Positions 22,189-33,879 of a DNA stretch of 59,507 nucleotides are shown here, piece after piece. The stretch covers positions 1-59,507 of the forward strand of contig JBKJKJ010000400.1 in NCBI GenBank assembly GCA_046597455.1. Reading direction: 5' to 3'. The notes under the pieces were generated by a model. That model saw only the letters and a list, made by a program, of their open reading frames with translations, searched no databases and had not been told where the DNA came from. The DNA comes from Burkholderiales bacterium (GTDB taxonomy: Bacteria; Pseudomonadota; Gammaproteobacteria; Burkholderiales; SG8-41). Position 1 is the stretch's first letter. Each line of letters opens with the position of its first letter. The position numbers were made by a program, and so were the translations under genes.

Positions 22189-23100
22189 CTACGCCGCCTG
22201 TGCCTGCCAGGGCAGGAAAGCAGGGGCGTCTTCCACACGCTCGAAGCGCACATACTCCCAGGCTTCGCGCGCCTCCATCAGCCGGCGCAGAAGAAGGTTG
22301 TTCAGGGCGTGGCCCGACTTGTGGCCGCTGAATGCGCCGATCAGCGGATGGCCGAGCAGATACAGGTCGCCGATCGCGTCGAGGACCTTGTGTTTCACGA
22401 ATTCATCCTCGTAGCGCAGCCCGTCGCTGTTCAGGACGCGATATTCGTCCATCACGATGGCGTTATCGAGGCTGCCGCCCAGCGCAAGGCCCTGCTCGCG
22501 CATCCATTCGACTTCCTGCATGAATCCGAACGTGCGGGCGCGGCTCACTTCTTTCACATACGAGGTCGTCGAGAAGTCGACGCACACCGACTGGCTCGAA
22601 CGCTCGAGGACCGGGTGATCGAAGTCGATCGACAGATCGAGCTTGAAACCCCGGTGGGGGTCGAAACGCACCCATTTGTCGCCATCGCGCACTTCCACGC
22701 TGCGCAGCACGCGAATGAACGTCTTGAGCGCTTTCTGCTCCTCGATTCCGGCCGACTGCAACAGAAAAACGAAAGGCCCGGCGCTGCCGTCCATGATCGG
22801 CACTTCGGCGGCGGTGAGCTCGATATACACGTTGTCCACCCCCAGGCCGGCCAGCGCCGACATGAGGTGCTCGACGGTTTGCACGCGAACACCATCCTTC
22901 TGCAGGCACGACGACAGACGCGTGTCGCCCACCGCATAAGGCTCCGCCTTGATCTCGACCGGGGGGTTGAGATCGATGCGGCGAAACACGATGCCCGTGT
23001 CGGGTGCCGCCGGCCGCAACGTGAGATAGACCTTCTCTCCCGTATGCAGACCAACGCCCGTGGCGCGTATCATGTTCTTCAGCGTGCGCTGCCGGATCAC
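22189..23100 (-). CDS. lpxC: UDP-3-O-acyl-N-acetylglucosamine deacetylase
   Basis: 303 aa with a GTG start and AGAGG upstream. The product begins [31 protein letters not shown] and contains ...HKSGHALNN. Confidence 0.95.
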   Translation of the reverse strand: MIRQRTLKNMIRATGVGLHTGEKVYLTLRPAAPDTGIVFRRIDLNPPVEIKAEPYAVGDTRLSSCLQKDGVRVQTVEHLMSALAGLGVDNVYIELTAAEVPIMDGSAGPFVFLLQSAGIEEQKALKTFIRVLRSVEVRDGDKWVRFDPHRGFKLDLSIDFDHPVLERSSQSVCVDFSTTSYVKEVSRARTFGFMQEVEWMREQGLALGGSLDNAIVMDEYRVLNSDGLRYEDEFVKHKVLDAIGDLYLLGHPLIGAFSGHKSGHALNNLLLRRLMEAREAWEYVRFERVEDAPAFLPWQAQAA

Positions 23101-23320
23101 GAAAATGCCTCTATATTCAGGTTTTTAGCGCATCCATTTTAGCACGGCGCAATTCCGCCGCGAGTCCTGCCGCCTGCCATACAGCCGCCATCGAGTTGCC
23201 TGTGCGCGCAGACACCAAGCGCCTGCGAGCGATCGCCATGCGCGAGACGTGCCCATTCCGGCACCCCACGCAAAACCGTGACGCCTGTCGAGCCCTGCTT
23301 TGCATTACTTCGAACTGCAT

Positions 23321-23342
23321 GCGCCGCCCCTGAAGGCGGCGC
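23321..23342. other. GC hairpin just downstream of the ftsZ stop
   Basis: GCGCCGCCcctgaaGGCGGCGC. The T-run lies on the plus side only, so it is not a canonical minus-strand terminator. Confidence 0.3.
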
Positions 23343-23346
23343 GCTT

Positions 23347-24513
23347 TTAGTCCGCCTGCTTACGCAAAAACGCCGGTATATCCAGCATGTCGACGCCGGA
23401 TTGCCGCATGGCTTCGACCGTCGCATCGCGATTGCGGCGGCGAATCACCGCAGGCTGCTCGAGCGCTTCGTAGTCGACCTCGATCGGGTGGTTGTCGGTC
23501 CCGGTCCGCTGGGCGACGACGCTCAACGCCTGGGGCTTGGGCTGCTGGCGGACTGCGGGCTTGCCGAGGCCGGTCGCCACGATCGTCACGCGAAGCTGAT
23601 CTTCGAGCGATTCGTCGTACACCGTTCCGACGATGACGGTCGCCGACTCTGCGGCAAACGCCTTGATCGTCTCCATGACGTCGTACATTTCCTGGAGCTG
23701 GAAACTGGTGCGGTTTGCCGAAATGTTGACCAGCACGCCGCGGGCATCGGAAATATTGATGTCTTCGAGCAGCGGGCACGCCACAGCCTGCTCGGCGGCA
23801 ACGCGCGCGCGATCCGGCCCGCCTGCCTTGGCGGAACCCATCATCGCCATGCCCATTTCGGCCATGACGGTTCGCACGTCGGCGAAGTCGACGTTGATCA
23901 TGCCGGGGCAGCTGATGATTTCCGCTATACCGGCGACCGCACCGTGCAGCACGTCATTGGCAGATCTGAACGCTTCGTCGAGCGTGACCTGGGTGCCCAG
24001 AACCTGCATCAGCTTGTCGTTGGGAATGACGATCAGCGAATCGACGTGCTGGGAGAGCGCGTCCAGTCCTTCCTGTGCGATGCGCTGGCGCTTGCCTTCG
24101 AAGGCGAAAGGCTTGGTGACCACGGCTACGGTGAGGATGCCGAGCTCCTTCGCCACTTCGGCCACGACGGGTGCTGCGCCCGTTCCGGTGCCGCCGCCCA
24201 TGCCTGCGGTCAGGAAGAGCATATCGGCGCCGCCGATGAGCTCCGCAATGCGCTCGCGATCTTCCATGGCCGCCTGCCGGCCGATCTCGGGATTGGCGCC
24301 GGCGCCCAGCCCTTTGGTCACGCTGGTGCCCAGTTGAAGCTGGATTTTCGCCGCATTGCGCTTGAGCGCCTGGGCATCGGTGTTCGCAACCACGAACTCC
24401 ACGCCCTGCACGCCTTGCGCGATCATGTGATCGACTGCGTTGCCGCCGCAGCCACCCACACCGATCACCTTGATGACGGCTTCCTGGGACAGTGCATCGA
24501 TGAGCTCTATCAT
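23347..24513 (-). CDS. ftsZ: Cell division GTPase FtsZ
   Basis: The start is set at ATG 24513, which has AAGGAG 7 nt upstream (the track ORF extends to 24606). The product begins MIELIDALSQEAVIKVIGVGGCGGNAV, contains GGGTGTGAAP, and ends with the C-terminal DIPAFLRKQAD. Confidence 0.95.
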   Translation of the reverse strand: MIELIDALSQEAVIKVIGVGGCGGNAVDHMIAQGVQGVEFVVANTDAQALKRNAAKIQLQLGTSVTKGLGAGANPEIGRQAAMEDRERIAELIGGADMLFLTAGMGGGTGTGAAPVVAEVAKELGILTVAVVTKPFAFEGKRQRIAQEGLDALSQHVDSLIVIPNDKLMQVLGTQVTLDEAFRSANDVLHGAVAGIAEIISCPGMINVDFADVRTVMAEMGMAMMGSAKAGGPDRARVAAEQAVACPLLEDINISDARGVLVNISANRTSFQLQEMYDVMETIKAFAAESATVIVGTVYDESLEDQLRVTIVATGLGKPAVRQQPKPQALSVVAQRTGTDNHPIEVDYEALEQPAVIRRRNRDATVEAMRQSGVDMLDIPAFLRKQAD

Positions 24514-24610
24514 TTGATTCTCCTTTTCCGGCTTTGTCATGGACTTGTCTGTACTGCTGCTTTCTGGCTGCTTTTCACTGCTTGTCTTCACTCGAGGCTC
24601 TTTCATTTCG

Positions 24611-25849
24611 TCAAAAGTTACCGGTAAACCAGGCCTTCATGCGGTCGAGCAACTGCTGAAACGAATTGATGTGCATGTGCGCGATTTCACGCTGGCGATG
24701 CTGCTGCATTCCGGCGACCAGCAATCCCACCGCGGTCGAGTACCGGGGATGCCTGACGACTTCAGCAAGACCGCCGTTGTACTGAGGAACACCGACCCGC
24801 ACCGGCATGTGAAAGATCTCTTCACCGAGCTCGACCATGCCCTGCATCAGGGCCGAGCCGCCGGTAATCACGATGCCTGAGGACAACAGCTCTTCGTAAC
24901 CGCTGCGTCGCAGCTCCGCCTGGGCCAGCGAGTAGAGCTCCTCGACCCGGGGCTCGATCACCTCAGCCAGGGTTTTGCGCGAAAGCTCGCGCGACCCGCG
25001 CTCCCCGATGCCGGGCACTTCGATCATTTGCGCCGGATCGGCGAGCTGTGACAGGGCGCAGCCGTAACGCTGCTTCAGGTCCTCGGCGTCCTTGGTGGGT
25101 GTGCGAAGCGCCATCGCGATATCGTTGGTGATCTGGTCGCCCGCGATCGGGATCACCGCGGTGTGCCGGATGGCGCCGTGCGTAAAAATCGCCAGATCGG
25201 TGGTGCCGCCGCCGATGTCGATCAGCGCCACACCCAGGTCTTTTTCGTCGTCGGAGACCACTGCCATCGCCGAGGCGAGCGGCTGCAGGATCAGGTCACT
25301 CACTTCGAGCCCGCAGCGGCGCACGCATTTGATGATGTTCTGCGCCGCGGACACCGCACCGGTCACGATGTGTACTTTGACTTCCAGGCGCACGCCGGAC
25401 ATGCCGAGCGGCTCGCGCACGTCCTCCTGCCCGTCGATGATGAATTCCTGGTTGAGGATGTGCAGGATTTGCTGGTCGTTCGGGATCTGAACCGCCTTGG
25501 CGGTCTCGATCACGCGATCGATGTCCATCTGACCGACTTCCTTGTCCTTGATCGCGACCATCCCCTGCGAGTTGAAGCTCTTGATGTGGCTGCCCGCGAT
25601 TCCGGTGTACACGTCGCGGATCTTGCAGTCCGCCATGAGCTCGGCTTCTTCGAGCGCGCGCTGAATGGCGTTCACGGTCGTCTCGATGTTCACGACGACG
25701 CCTTTCTTCAGCCCGCGCGCAGGGCAGTTGCCCATGCCGATGATCTCGAAACCGCCTTCGGGCTTGATCTCCGCGACGATGGCGGCGATCTTTGAAGTCC
25801 CGATGTCGAGGCCGACGACCAGCTTCTTGTTGTCCCGGTTTTTACTCAT
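24611..25849 (-). CDS. ftsA: Cell division protein FtsA
   Basis: 412 aa, with LVVGLDIGTSKIAAIVAE... and IDIGGGTTD actin-fold motifs. Confidence 0.95.
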   Translation of the reverse strand: MSKNRDNKKLVVGLDIGTSKIAAIVAEIKPEGGFEIIGMGNCPARGLKKGVVVNIETTVNAIQRALEEAELMADCKIRDVYTGIAGSHIKSFNSQGMVAIKDKEVGQMDIDRVIETAKAVQIPNDQQILHILNQEFIIDGQEDVREPLGMSGVRLEVKVHIVTGAVSAAQNIIKCVRRCGLEVSDLILQPLASAMAVVSDDEKDLGVALIDIGGGTTDLAIFTHGAIRHTAVIPIAGDQITNDIAMALRTPTKDAEDLKQRYGCALSQLADPAQMIEVPGIGERGSRELSRKTLAEVIEPRVEELYSLAQAELRRSGYEELLSSGIVITGGSALMQGMVELGEEIFHMPVRVGVPQYNGGLAEVVRHPRYSTAVGLLVAGMQQHRQREIAHMHINSFQQLLDRMKAWFTGNF

Positions 25850-25855
25850 GAAAAC

Positions 25856-26665
25856 CTACGCCGCTCCTGCGGGCGCTAGAGCCCGCTTGGGCGCCTTGCG
25901 GCGCTCTGTTTCATTGGTCTTTCGCTTCGCGCCTGCTGCGGCGCGCCCGGCCTCGGCCGGCTCCCCTTTGAGCTCCGTTATGCGCACAGCAAATCCGTTC
26001 GCATAGCGCAGGTCGACATACTCGATGTGTCGCTTCAACGCACCGACGGTGCGCGCGTGCACCTGCAGGAAGCGCGCGAGCCGCGCTTCGATGTCTTCGC
26101 GCCCGAGCTCGAGCGTCGGCCCCTCGTCGAGCCGCACCTGCCAGGCACGGCGCGGTGTCACCTGAACCATCGCCGGCGTGCGGCCGATGGATGCGAGCTG
26201 CCGGCGAAAAAAGTCGAACTGGATCGCGATTTCCTTCGCTGTCCCCTGAGGCCCGACGAATGTCGGAAGCTTGCCGTCGTATGCGGCCTGGAACACTTCG
26301 CCGTGCGTATTGACGAGCGCGGCAGTACCCCATCGCGCGAGCGGCACGTGCTCGATGAGGCTCACATCGAGGCGCGCCGGCCAGCGGCGGCGCAGATTGA
26401 CTTCGCGCACCCACGGCAGCGTCTCGAAAGCCGCTCGCAGCCGCGGCAGGTTCAGCGTGAAGAACGTCCCTTTGAGCTCGTTCTGCACGATGGCTTCGAC
26501 CTGCGAACGCGTAACGTGTTGCGCGGCACCGCTGACGTAGACCTCACGCAGCGCGAACACCGGCATGCGCACCACCGTCCATATCGCGCCATACGCCACG
26601 AGCAATGCGGCAAGCGCGAACATCGCATTCGCGATACGGCGGAGGATATCGGGCCTATCCCACAT
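25856..26665 (-). CDS. ftsQ: Cell division protein FtsQ
   Basis: ATG 26665 has GGAGG 7 nt upstream and overlaps the ddl end by 11 nt. The product begins [26 protein letters not shown] and has POTRA-like domains plus a basic C-terminal tail. Confidence 0.85.
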   Translation of the reverse strand: MWDRPDILRRIANAMFALAALLVAYGAIWTVVRMPVFALREVYVSGAAQHVTRSQVEAIVQNELKGTFFTLNLPRLRAAFETLPWVREVNLRRRWPARLDVSLIEHVPLARWGTAALVNTHGEVFQAAYDGKLPTFVGPQGTAKEIAIQFDFFRRQLASIGRTPAMVQVTPRRAWQVRLDEGPTLELGREDIEARLARFLQVHARTVGALKRHIEYVDLRYANGFAVRITELKGEPAEAGRAAAGAKRKTNETERRKAPKRALAPAGAA

Positions 26666-27581
26666 GCGCCGCCTCCAGGATCGCCAGGCACAGGTCATCG
26701 AATTCGATTCCGCGCGCGCGGGCGGCCATGGGCACGAGACTATGATCGGTCATGCCCGGGATCGTGTTCACCTCGAGCAGATACGGCCGACCCGCCCGGT
26801 CGACCATGACATCGACCCGTCCCCAGCCGCTGCAGCCCACGAGGTTGAAAGCGCGCAGCGCCTCATCCTGGATCGCCCGCTCCTGTGCCGGAGGCAAACC
26901 CGACGGGCAGATATAGCGGGTGTCGTCGGCAAAATACTTCGCCTGGTAGTCGTAGAACACGCGCGGCGTCTCGAGGCGTATCAGCGGCAGCGCTTCGCCG
27001 TTCAGAATGGCGGCCGTGACTTCGACGCCTTCGATGAAGCGCTCGGCGATGATCACGTCGTCGTACTCGGCGGCGAGCTCGTACGCCGCTTCGACTTTCT
27101 CGACCGAGGTCACTTTGCTCATGCCGATGCTCGATCCTTCGCGCGCGGGCTTGACCATCAGCGGGATACCGAGACGGCCAGCGACCGCCACAAACTCGCT
27201 GTCGCCGGACAGCACCTCATACGGCGGCGTCGACACGCCGGCCGCCTGCCACAGGAGCTTGGTGCGCCACTTGTCCATCGCGAGCGCGCTCGCCATCACG
27301 CCGCTGCCGGTGTAGGGCAACCCGAGATACTCCAGTGCGCCCTGCAGGGTGCCGTCTTCTCCGAAGCGGCCGTGCAATGCAATGAACACGCGCTCGAAGC
27401 GCTGCGCGATGAGCTGCTCGAGCCCCGCGTCCTTCGGATCGAACGCGTGCGCATCCACGCCTTTGCGCTTGAGCGCGCCGAGCACCATGTGGCCGCTGCG
27501 CAGCGATATCTCGCGCTCGGCGCTCTTGCCGCCGAGCAGGACGGCGACTTTGCCGAAATGGGTCGCGGAAACCGCTGTCAT
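26655..27581 (-). CDS. ddl: D-alanine--D-alanine ligase
   Basis: The internal ATG forms an ATGA overlap with the murB stop. The product is [30 protein letters not shown]... EVNTIPGMT. Confidence 0.95.
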   Translation of the reverse strand: MTAVSATHFGKVAVLLGGKSAEREISLRSGHMVLGALKRKGVDAHAFDPKDAGLEQLIAQRFERVFIALHGRFGEDGTLQGALEYLGLPYTGSGVMASALAMDKWRTKLLWQAAGVSTPPYEVLSGDSEFVAVAGRLGIPLMVKPAREGSSIGMSKVTSVEKVEAAYELAAEYDDVIIAERFIEGVEVTAAILNGEALPLIRLETPRVFYDYQAKYFADDTRYICPSGLPPAQERAIQDEALRAFNLVGCSGWGRVDVMVDRAGRPYLLEVNTIPGMTDHSLVPMAARARGIEFDDLCLAILEAAHVG

Positions 27582-28624
27582 GTTGGATCTCCCGCGCACG
27601 CCTGCCCCCGTTCTGTTCCGTCGCCGCCCGGCTCTCCGACGATGCGCACTTCGCGCTCCAGCTCGATCCCGAACCGCTCCCGCACGCTGGCTTGCGCGAG
27701 CTCGATCAGCGACTCGATATCGGCGGCACACGCACCACCCGTATTCACGATGAAATTCGCGTGCTTGGGCGAAATCACGGCGCCGCCGATACCGCGCCCT
27801 TTGAGCCCGCAGTCTTCGATGAGCTTCGCCGCATAGGTCCCGGGAGGATTGCGGAATACCGAGCCCGCGTTCGGCTGTCCCAGCGGCTGGCTCGCGATCC
27901 GTCGCGTAAGCAGCTCTTTCACTTTGGCGCGCGATTCCCCGCCGTCTCCGCGCGGCAACGCCAGGACCGTCGACACGAACCATTCGTCGATACCGCTGCG
28001 GCGCCTCAGGGCTGCAGCCGGTGAAACGCTGGCAATCTGGTTACACCGCTTCACGACGGTCCGGTAACCGATACGGTATTGCACAGGCGTGCGCTCGTGG
28101 AGCTCACCCGAGTGATCGATCGTGATCACTTTACGCACGATGTTCCACGTCTCGCCGCCGTAGCAACCGGCGTTCATCGCGAGCGCGCCACCCATCGTAC
28201 CGGGGATGCCTGCGAGAAATTCAGCGCCGACGAGGTCGTGCATCGCAGCGAAACGCGCGACTTTCGGGCTCGCCACACCGGCGTCGACTCGGACTTCGCC
28301 TTCGACGCCGGTGCCCGCGCCGAGCGCAAGATTGCGCAGCGCCCAATGGGTGAAGACGACTGTGCCGCGCAGGCCTGCGTCGCGCACGAGCAGGTTGCTG
28401 CCCAGACCGATGAAATGCACCGGCTCCTCGGGCGAAAGAGCGCGCAGAAAAGCGCGTAGATCGTCGATATCGGCAGGCCGGTACGCGCGATCGACCGCGC
28501 CGCCTGCGCGCCAGCTGACGTGCCGCGCCATCGGCTCGTCGTAGCTCAACTGGCCGCGAAGCGCGGGCGGCGTGTGGCGTGAGGCGTGAGGCGCGCCGGA
28601 TTCGCCGAATTCGTCCTTGATCAT
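27578..28624 (-). CDS. murB: UDP-N-acetylenolpyruvoylglucosamine reductase
   Basis: ATG 28624 has GAGGAG 7 nt upstream (the track ORF begins at GTG 28639). The product contains ...[10 protein letters not shown]...[18 protein letters not shown].... Confidence 0.9.
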   Translation of the reverse strand: MIKDEFGESGAPHASRHTPPALRGQLSYDEPMARHVSWRAGGAVDRAYRPADIDDLRAFLRALSPEEPVHFIGLGSNLLVRDAGLRGTVVFTHWALRNLALGAGTGVEGEVRVDAGVASPKVARFAAMHDLVGAEFLAGIPGTMGGALAMNAGCYGGETWNIVRKVITIDHSGELHERTPVQYRIGYRTVVKRCNQIASVSPAAALRRRSGIDEWFVSTVLALPRGDGGESRAKVKELLTRRIASQPLGQPNAGSVFRNPPGTYAAKLIEDCGLKGRGIGGAVISPKHANFIVNTGGACAADIESLIELAQASVRERFGIELEREVRIVGEPGGDGTERGQACAGDPT

Positions 28625-28635
28625 GACATTACTCC

Positions 28636-30036
28636 TCACCCCTCACCCCGCATCAGCGCCGCCGGGACACCCCCCACCGACCCCGCACCCATCGTCAGAA
28701 CCACGTCGCCGTCGCGCGCCGCGGCGCGTATCGCTTCCGGCATCTGTGCAATCGCTTCCACGAAAATCGGCTCCACTTTCCCGTGCACACGTACGGCGCG
28801 CGCCAGCGCGCGGCCGTCGGCCGCCACTATCGGCGCTTCGCCCGCCGGATAGACGTCCGCGAGCACCAATGCATCCGTTGTCGAAAGCACCTTCACGAAG
28901 TCCTCGAAACAATCGCGCGTGCGCGTATACCGATGCGGCTGGAAAGCGAGCAGCAGGCGGCGTCCGGGAAACGCGCCGCGGGCAGCGTCGAGCGTGGCTG
29001 CCATTTCCACCGGGTGGTGACCATAGTCGTCGACGAGCGTATAGCGTCCGCCGCCGGCGAGCGCGATCTCGCCATAGCGCTGGAAGCGGCGACCCACACC
29101 TTTGAACCCGGCCAGCGCCGTGGCTATTTGCTCAGGCGCAACGCCGAGCTCGAGGCCGGCGGCGATCGCGGCCAGCGCGTTCTGCACGTTGTGCAGGCCG
29201 GGAAGATTGAGCGTCACGTCGAACGTCGTCGCCGGCGCGCCATTCGCGGCGCAAACCGCGCGAAAGAACATCGTCCCGGCGCGCGCTTCGATATCGACTG
29301 CCCGTATCTGCGCATCGGGCGACAGCCCATATGTCACGAGCGTCTTGCTCACGCGGGACGCGATCTCGCGCACCCCGGGGTCGTCGATGCACACCACCGC
29401 GACACCATAAAAAGGCAGGCGCTGCAGAAAATCGATAAAAGCCTGCCGCAGCTTCTCGATCGAGTGGTCGTAAGTCTCCATGTGATCGGCGTCGATATTC
29501 GTGACCACCGCCAGACACGGCTGCAGATACAGGAACGACGCGTCCGACTCGTCGGCTTCGACGACGATGAAATCGCCTTTGCCGAGTCTCGCGTTGGAAC
29601 CGAACGCTTCGACCCGGCCGCCGATCACGAAAGTCGGATCGAGACCGCCTTCGGCCAGGACGCTGGCGGTGAGGCTCGTGGTCGTCGTTTTGCCATGGGT
29701 TCCCGCGATGGCCACACCCTGCTTCAATCGCATCAGCTCGGCGAGCATCAGCGCGCGCGGAACGACGGGAACCTTCTTCGCGCGAGCGGCCTGCACTTCA
29801 GGATTGTCTTCGGCAACCGCGCTCGATATCACTACGACATCGGCGCCGGCGATGTGCGCCCCCGAATGCCCCTTGACGACGGTGGCACCCAGGCTCTGCA
29901 GATGACGGGTTGCGGCACTCTGCGCCACGTCCGAACCGCTCACCTGATAGTCGAGATTGAGCAGCACTTCGGCGATGCCGCTCATGCCGATGCCCCCAAT
30001 CCCAACGAAGTGCACGTGTTTGACTTTGTGCTTCAT
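28636..30036 (-). CDS. murC: UDP-N-acetylmuramate--L-alanine ligase
   Basis: The start forms an ATGA overlap with the murG stop. The product begins [25 protein letters not shown] and contains GTHGKTTTT. Confidence 0.95.
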   Translation of the reverse strand: MKHKVKHVHFVGIGGIGMSGIAEVLLNLDYQVSGSDVAQSAATRHLQSLGATVVKGHSGAHIAGADVVVISSAVAEDNPEVQAARAKKVPVVPRALMLAELMRLKQGVAIAGTHGKTTTTSLTASVLAEGGLDPTFVIGGRVEAFGSNARLGKGDFIVVEADESDASFLYLQPCLAVVTNIDADHMETYDHSIEKLRQAFIDFLQRLPFYGVAVVCIDDPGVREIASRVSKTLVTYGLSPDAQIRAVDIEARAGTMFFRAVCAANGAPATTFDVTLNLPGLHNVQNALAAIAAGLELGVAPEQIATALAGFKGVGRRFQRYGEIALAGGGRYTLVDDYGHHPVEMAATLDAARGAFPGRRLLLAFQPHRYTRTRDCFEDFVKVLSTTDALVLADVYPAGEAPIVAADGRALARAVRVHGKVEPIFVEAIAQMPEAIRAAARDGDVVLTMGAGSVGGVPAALMRGEG

Positions 30037-31175
30037 GCCGCAAGCCCCATGCACGCTTCGGCCACCACGCGGGTCGCCTCGGGTTTGCCGGCGCTGCGCG
30101 CCGCTTGCGCAATGGCGAGCAGCTTGTCGCGCGTGAGCTCGCCGAGGAGCTGTGCAAGGCGTTCAGGCGTGAGCTCATGCTGCGGGATGAACACGGCACC
30201 GCCGCGCTCGGCGAGGAATCTCGCGTTGCGGGTTTGGTGATCGTCCACCGCATAAGGAAACGGTACGAGTACCGCCGCCACACCCGCCGCCGCCAGCTCC
30301 GCGATCGTCGAAGCGCCGGCACGGCAGATCATCACGTCGGCCGCGGCGTAGCTCGCGGCCATGTCGTCGATGAACGCAACGACCGTGGCAGCAACACCCA
30401 CCTCCGCGTAGTTCGTGCGCACGGCCTCCAGGTGGGCGGCCCCCGACTGGTGGATGACATCCGGCAGCGCGCCTTCCGGCATCCGGGCGAGCGCCTGCGG
30501 CACCGTGTCGTTCAGTGCTTTCGCCCCCTGGCTGCCGCCGAGGACGAGCACGCGCAGCGGGCCGGTGCGTCCGGCAAAACGCTGTTCCGGCGGTGCGATC
30601 AGTGCAATCTGCGCGCGCACCGGGTTGCCGGTCCACTCTGCCCGGGCACGCTTTTCGAAAGCCCCGGGAAATCCGGCCAGGACTTTGTCTGCAACGTGGC
30701 CGAGCACCCGATTTGCGAGTCCGGCAACGGCGTTCTGCTCGTGTATGACCAGCGGACGGTTGAGAAGGCTCGCCATCATGCCGCCGGGGAACGCGACATA
30801 GCCGCCCATGCCGAGGATGACGTCGGGCCGATGCGCGAAGATCGCGCGCGCGCTTTGCCAGAAGGCGATCAGAAGATTGAGCGGCAGCATGGCCACCGGT
30901 ATCAGCCCTTTGCGGCGCAAGCCCGAGAACCGCAACCACGCCATCGGAAACCCTCGGGCGGGGATCAGGCGCGCTTCCATGCCCGCGCGCGAGCCGAGCC
31001 ACACCACGTTCCAGCCCGCGGCACGCACGTGCTCCGCCACCGACAGCGCCGGGAAGATGTGCCCACCGGTCCCCCCCGCCATGATCATCAAAGTACGTGA
31101 GGCGCGAGGGGTGAGGGGGGAGGCGTCCCGCGCTGGGCAGTCTTGCGTCTCAGGCCTCGCGTTCATGGAGGTCAT
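30033..31175 (-). CDS. murG: Undecaprenyldiphospho-muramoylpentapeptide beta-N-acetylglucosaminyltransferase
   Basis: This is the C-terminal 380 codons of the artefactual 884-aa track ORF, with the start set at the ATGA overlap with the ftsW stop. It contains ...[19 protein letters not shown]... A later Met (M30/M32) is possible. Confidence 0.9.
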   Translation of the reverse strand: MTSMNARPETQDCPARDASPLTPRASRTLMIMAGGTGGHIFPALSVAEHVRAAGWNVVWLGSRAGMEARLIPARGFPMAWLRFSGLRRKGLIPVAMLPLNLLIAFWQSARAIFAHRPDVILGMGGYVAFPGGMMASLLNRPLVIHEQNAVAGLANRVLGHVADKVLAGFPGAFEKRARAEWTGNPVRAQIALIAPPEQRFAGRTGPLRVLVLGGSQGAKALNDTVPQALARMPEGALPDVIHQSGAAHLEAVRTNYAEVGVAATVVAFIDDMAASYAAADVMICRAGASTIAELAAAGVAAVLVPFPYAVDDHQTRNARFLAERGGAVFIPQHELTPERLAQLLGELTRDKLLAIAQAARSAGKPEATRVVAEACMGLAA

Positions 31176-32344
31176 ACCGTGAGCCCCCGCGCCAATTGCC
31201 TGTTCTCCCAGTCGATCCGCAGCAGGATGGCGATCGCGGCACACGTGACAGCGAGCGCACTGCCGCCGAACGACAGCAGCGGCAGGGTCAGGCCTTTGGT
31301 GGGCAATATGCCCATGTTCACGCCCATGTTGATGATCGCCTGAATGCCGATCCACAAGCCGATGCCCTGGGCGACCAGCGACGCAAAATAGCGCTCGAGA
31401 ATCGCCGCACGCCGGCCGATCGCGAACGCTCGCGCCACGATCCAGCAAAAGAGCAGGATGATCACCGCGACACCGATGAAGCCGAGCTCTTCGGCGATCA
31501 CCGCCAGCAGGAAATCGGTATGCGCTTCGGGCAGATAGAAGAGTTTCTCGACGCTGCCGCCCAGGCCCACGCCGAGCCACTCGCCGCGTCCGAACGCGAT
31601 GAGGGCGTGCGAGAGCTGATAGCCTTTGCCGTACGGATCGGCCCACGGGTCCATGAATCCGACCACCCGTTGCATGCGGTAGGGCGAAATCCAGATGAGC
31701 AGCAGAAAGCCCGCGATCAGCATGACGATCAGCCCGGCGAAAAGGCGCCAGTTCATGCCGCCGAGAAACAGGATGCCCATCGCAATGACCGTGATGACCG
31801 CGAACGCACCGAAGTCGGGCTCGCGCAGGAGCAGGCCGCCGGTCAGCAGCATCACGAAAAACATCGGCAGGAAACCGCGCTTCAGGCTGTGCATGAACGC
31901 AGCCTTGCGCACGGTGTAGTCCGCCGCATAAAGGACGACGAAGACTTTGACGACTTCGGACGGCTGCAGGTTTGCAAAGCCCAGCGAAATCCAGCGACGG
32001 CTGCCGTTCACCTCGCGCCCGATCCCGGGAACCAGGACGAGCGCAAGCATCAGCAAACCCACGATGAACAGGTAAGGCGCGGCTTGCTGCCACAGGCGCA
32101 GCGGAATCTGGAAGACGACCACCGCCCCGACGATGCCGATGGCGACGAACAAAGCGTGGCGCACGAGGTAATAGGTGGGCTGATATCCCGTGCCGCGCCC
32201 GCCTTCGGCGATTGCGATCGAGGCCGAGTAGACCATGACCACACCGAGCGCGAGCAGGAGGATCGTGCACCAGACGAGCACGCGATCGTATTCGGCAACC
32301 GCACCGCGCTTGCGAGTCTCGCTGTAATACATTGCGGCACTCAC
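31172..32344 (-). CDS. ftsW: Peptidoglycan glycosyltransferase FtsW (SEDS family)
   Basis: 390-aa polytopic protein containing ...[15 protein letters not shown]...PEAHTDF... The start forms an ATGA overlap with the murD stop. Confidence 0.95.
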   Translation of the reverse strand: MSAAMYYSETRKRGAVAEYDRVLVWCTILLLALGVVMVYSASIAIAEGGRGTGYQPTYYLVRHALFVAIGIVGAVVVFQIPLRLWQQAAPYLFIVGLLMLALVLVPGIGREVNGSRRWISLGFANLQPSEVVKVFVVLYAADYTVRKAAFMHSLKRGFLPMFFVMLLTGGLLLREPDFGAFAVITVIAMGILFLGGMNWRLFAGLIVMLIAGFLLLIWISPYRMQRVVGFMDPWADPYGKGYQLSHALIAFGRGEWLGVGLGGSVEKLFYLPEAHTDFLLAVIAEELGFIGVAVIILLFCWIVARAFAIGRRAAILERYFASLVAQGIGLWIGIQAIINMGVNMGILPTKGLTLPLLSFGGSALAVTCAAIAILLRIDWENRQLARGLTV

Positions 32345-33768
32345 TGGGCGCCACCCTGCTTGTGGTTCGGCGCGGTTGCGCGCGGCCGGGCTTCGCGAGC
32401 CGCCAGCGCGCTGACTGCTTTGACGAACATCTGTCCACGGTGCACGTAGCTCCTGAACATGTCGTAGCTCGCGCAGGCGGGTGAAAGCAGTACGGCATCG
32501 CCGGGCGCACTCGCGGCGTAGGCGAGGTCGACGGCGTCTTCGAGCGTCGTCGCACGCAGCACCGGAACTCCGCAGCGGGCGATCGCAAGGGCGATCGGCT
32601 CCGCATCGCGCCCGATGAGCACGACTGCGCGAGCACGGGCCGCCACTGCGGGCGCCAGGGGCGAGAAATCCTGCCCTTTGCCGTCACCGCCCGCGATCAG
32701 CACGACCGGCGCCGCCATCCCGTTGAGGGCGGCGACCGTTGCGCCGACATTCGTGCCTTTGGAATCGTCGTAGAAGGTCACGCCGCCGATATCTGTGATT
32801 TTCTCGAGTCGGTGCGGCAGTCCGCTGAAGCGCCGCAATCCATCGAGCATTCCCGCGACCGGCATTCCGATCGCGTCGCCCAGCGCGAGGGCCGCGAGCG
32901 CATTGAGGGCATTGTGCAAGCCTGCGACGGGAAGATCGGCGGCGGGCATGAGGGGGCCCGTGCCCTGCGCCAGCATCGAGTCCGCGAGTCCCCACTCACG
33001 TGCGCTGTGGGGGACGTCGAGCCCGAAAGTGACGGCAACGCGTCCCGGACGCACCATCTGCATCGTGCGCGAATCGAGGCGGTTCAGAACCTGGATGCCG
33101 TCGCCTTCGAAAATGCGTGCCTTGGCGGCCGCGTAATCGTCCATGCTGTCGTAACGATCGAGATGATCCTCGGTGACGTTCAGCACGGTCGCCGCATCCG
33201 CAGCCAGGCTCGAAGTGCTTTCGAGCTGAAAGCTTGAAAGCTCGAGCACGAACACGTCGGGCAACGGGTTCCCATTCTCGATTTCCGCGAGCGCGTCGAG
33301 TACCGGCAAGCCGATGTTGCCTGCGACGAGCGCCGCTTTGCCTGCGGCCCGCGCCGCGTCCCCGGTCATCGCGGTCACCGTGCTCTTGCCGTTGGAGCCG
33401 GTGATGGCGATCACTTTCGGCCTCGCCACTGCGCGTGCCGTGGTGAGGCCGCTCAACGCATGGGCGAAGATTTCGATGTCGCCGAGCGTCGGGACGCCGC
33501 GGCGCAGGGCGCCGGCAATCGCCGGTTCGCGCCGATCGACTCCGGGGCTGATGGCGATCATGTCGGTCGCTTCGAAAAGCGCATCCCGGAATGGCCCCGC
33601 GGCGATGCGCACGTCGGTGAGCTCTGCGGCGACTCGAGTCGCATGAGGCGGTTGCGCACGCGTGTCGGCAACGGTCACCCGCGCGCCGTGGCGCGAGAGC
33701 CAACGCGTCATCGACAATCCGCTGTCACCGAGACCGAGCACCAGTATTTTCCTTCCGTTCCAGTCCAT
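32341..33768 (-). CDS. murD: UDP-N-acetylmuramoylalanine--D-glutamate ligase
   Basis: ATG 33768 gives [37 protein letters not shown], with ITGSNGKST further in. There is no SD directly upstream. The track ORF extends to a TTG at 33846 through low-complexity sequence. Confidence 0.9.
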   Translation of the reverse strand: MDWNGRKILVLGLGDSGLSMTRWLSRHGARVTVADTRAQPPHATRVAAELTDVRIAAGPFRDALFEATDMIAISPGVDRREPAIAGALRRGVPTLGDIEIFAHALSGLTTARAVARPKVIAITGSNGKSTVTAMTGDAARAAGKAALVAGNIGLPVLDALAEIENGNPLPDVFVLELSSFQLESTSSLAADAATVLNVTEDHLDRYDSMDDYAAAKARIFEGDGIQVLNRLDSRTMQMVRPGRVAVTFGLDVPHSAREWGLADSMLAQGTGPLMPAADLPVAGLHNALNALAALALGDAIGMPVAGMLDGLRRFSGLPHRLEKITDIGGVTFYDDSKGTNVGATVAALNGMAAPVVLIAGGDGKGQDFSPLAPAVAARARAVVLIGRDAEPIALAIARCGVPVLRATTLEDAVDLAYAASAPGDAVLLSPACASYDMFRSYVHRGQMFVKAVSALAAREARPRATAPNHKQGGAQ

Positions 33769-33777
33769 TGCCACGAG

Positions 33778-33879
33778 TGAGAGAAGAGAAGAGAAGAGAT
33801 AGGGAGAGGAGAAACGGGTAAGCCCTGCGCCATGCCGTCTGTCCAATAGACCTTTCCTCTTTCTCCTCTCTCCTTTCGC
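33778..33879. repeat. Polypurine (GA) tract and polypyrimidine (CT) tract in inverted arrangement within the mraY-murD spacer
   Basis: The plus strand reads gtgagagaagagaagagaagagatagggagaggagaaacggg ...35 nt... cctttcctctttctcctctctcctttcgcc. Confidence 0.85.

Noticed and set aside
30033-32687. 884-aa minus-strand ORF that looks like a giant fusion protein spanning murG, ftsW and part of murD
   Set aside because: Only the last 380 codons read as MurG. The upstream 500 codons are Arg/Ala/Pro-rich nonsense in an alternative frame of the bona fide ftsW and murD genes. This is a stop-free off-frame typical of 65% GC DNA. The ATGA junction with the ftsW stop gives a normal-length MurG.
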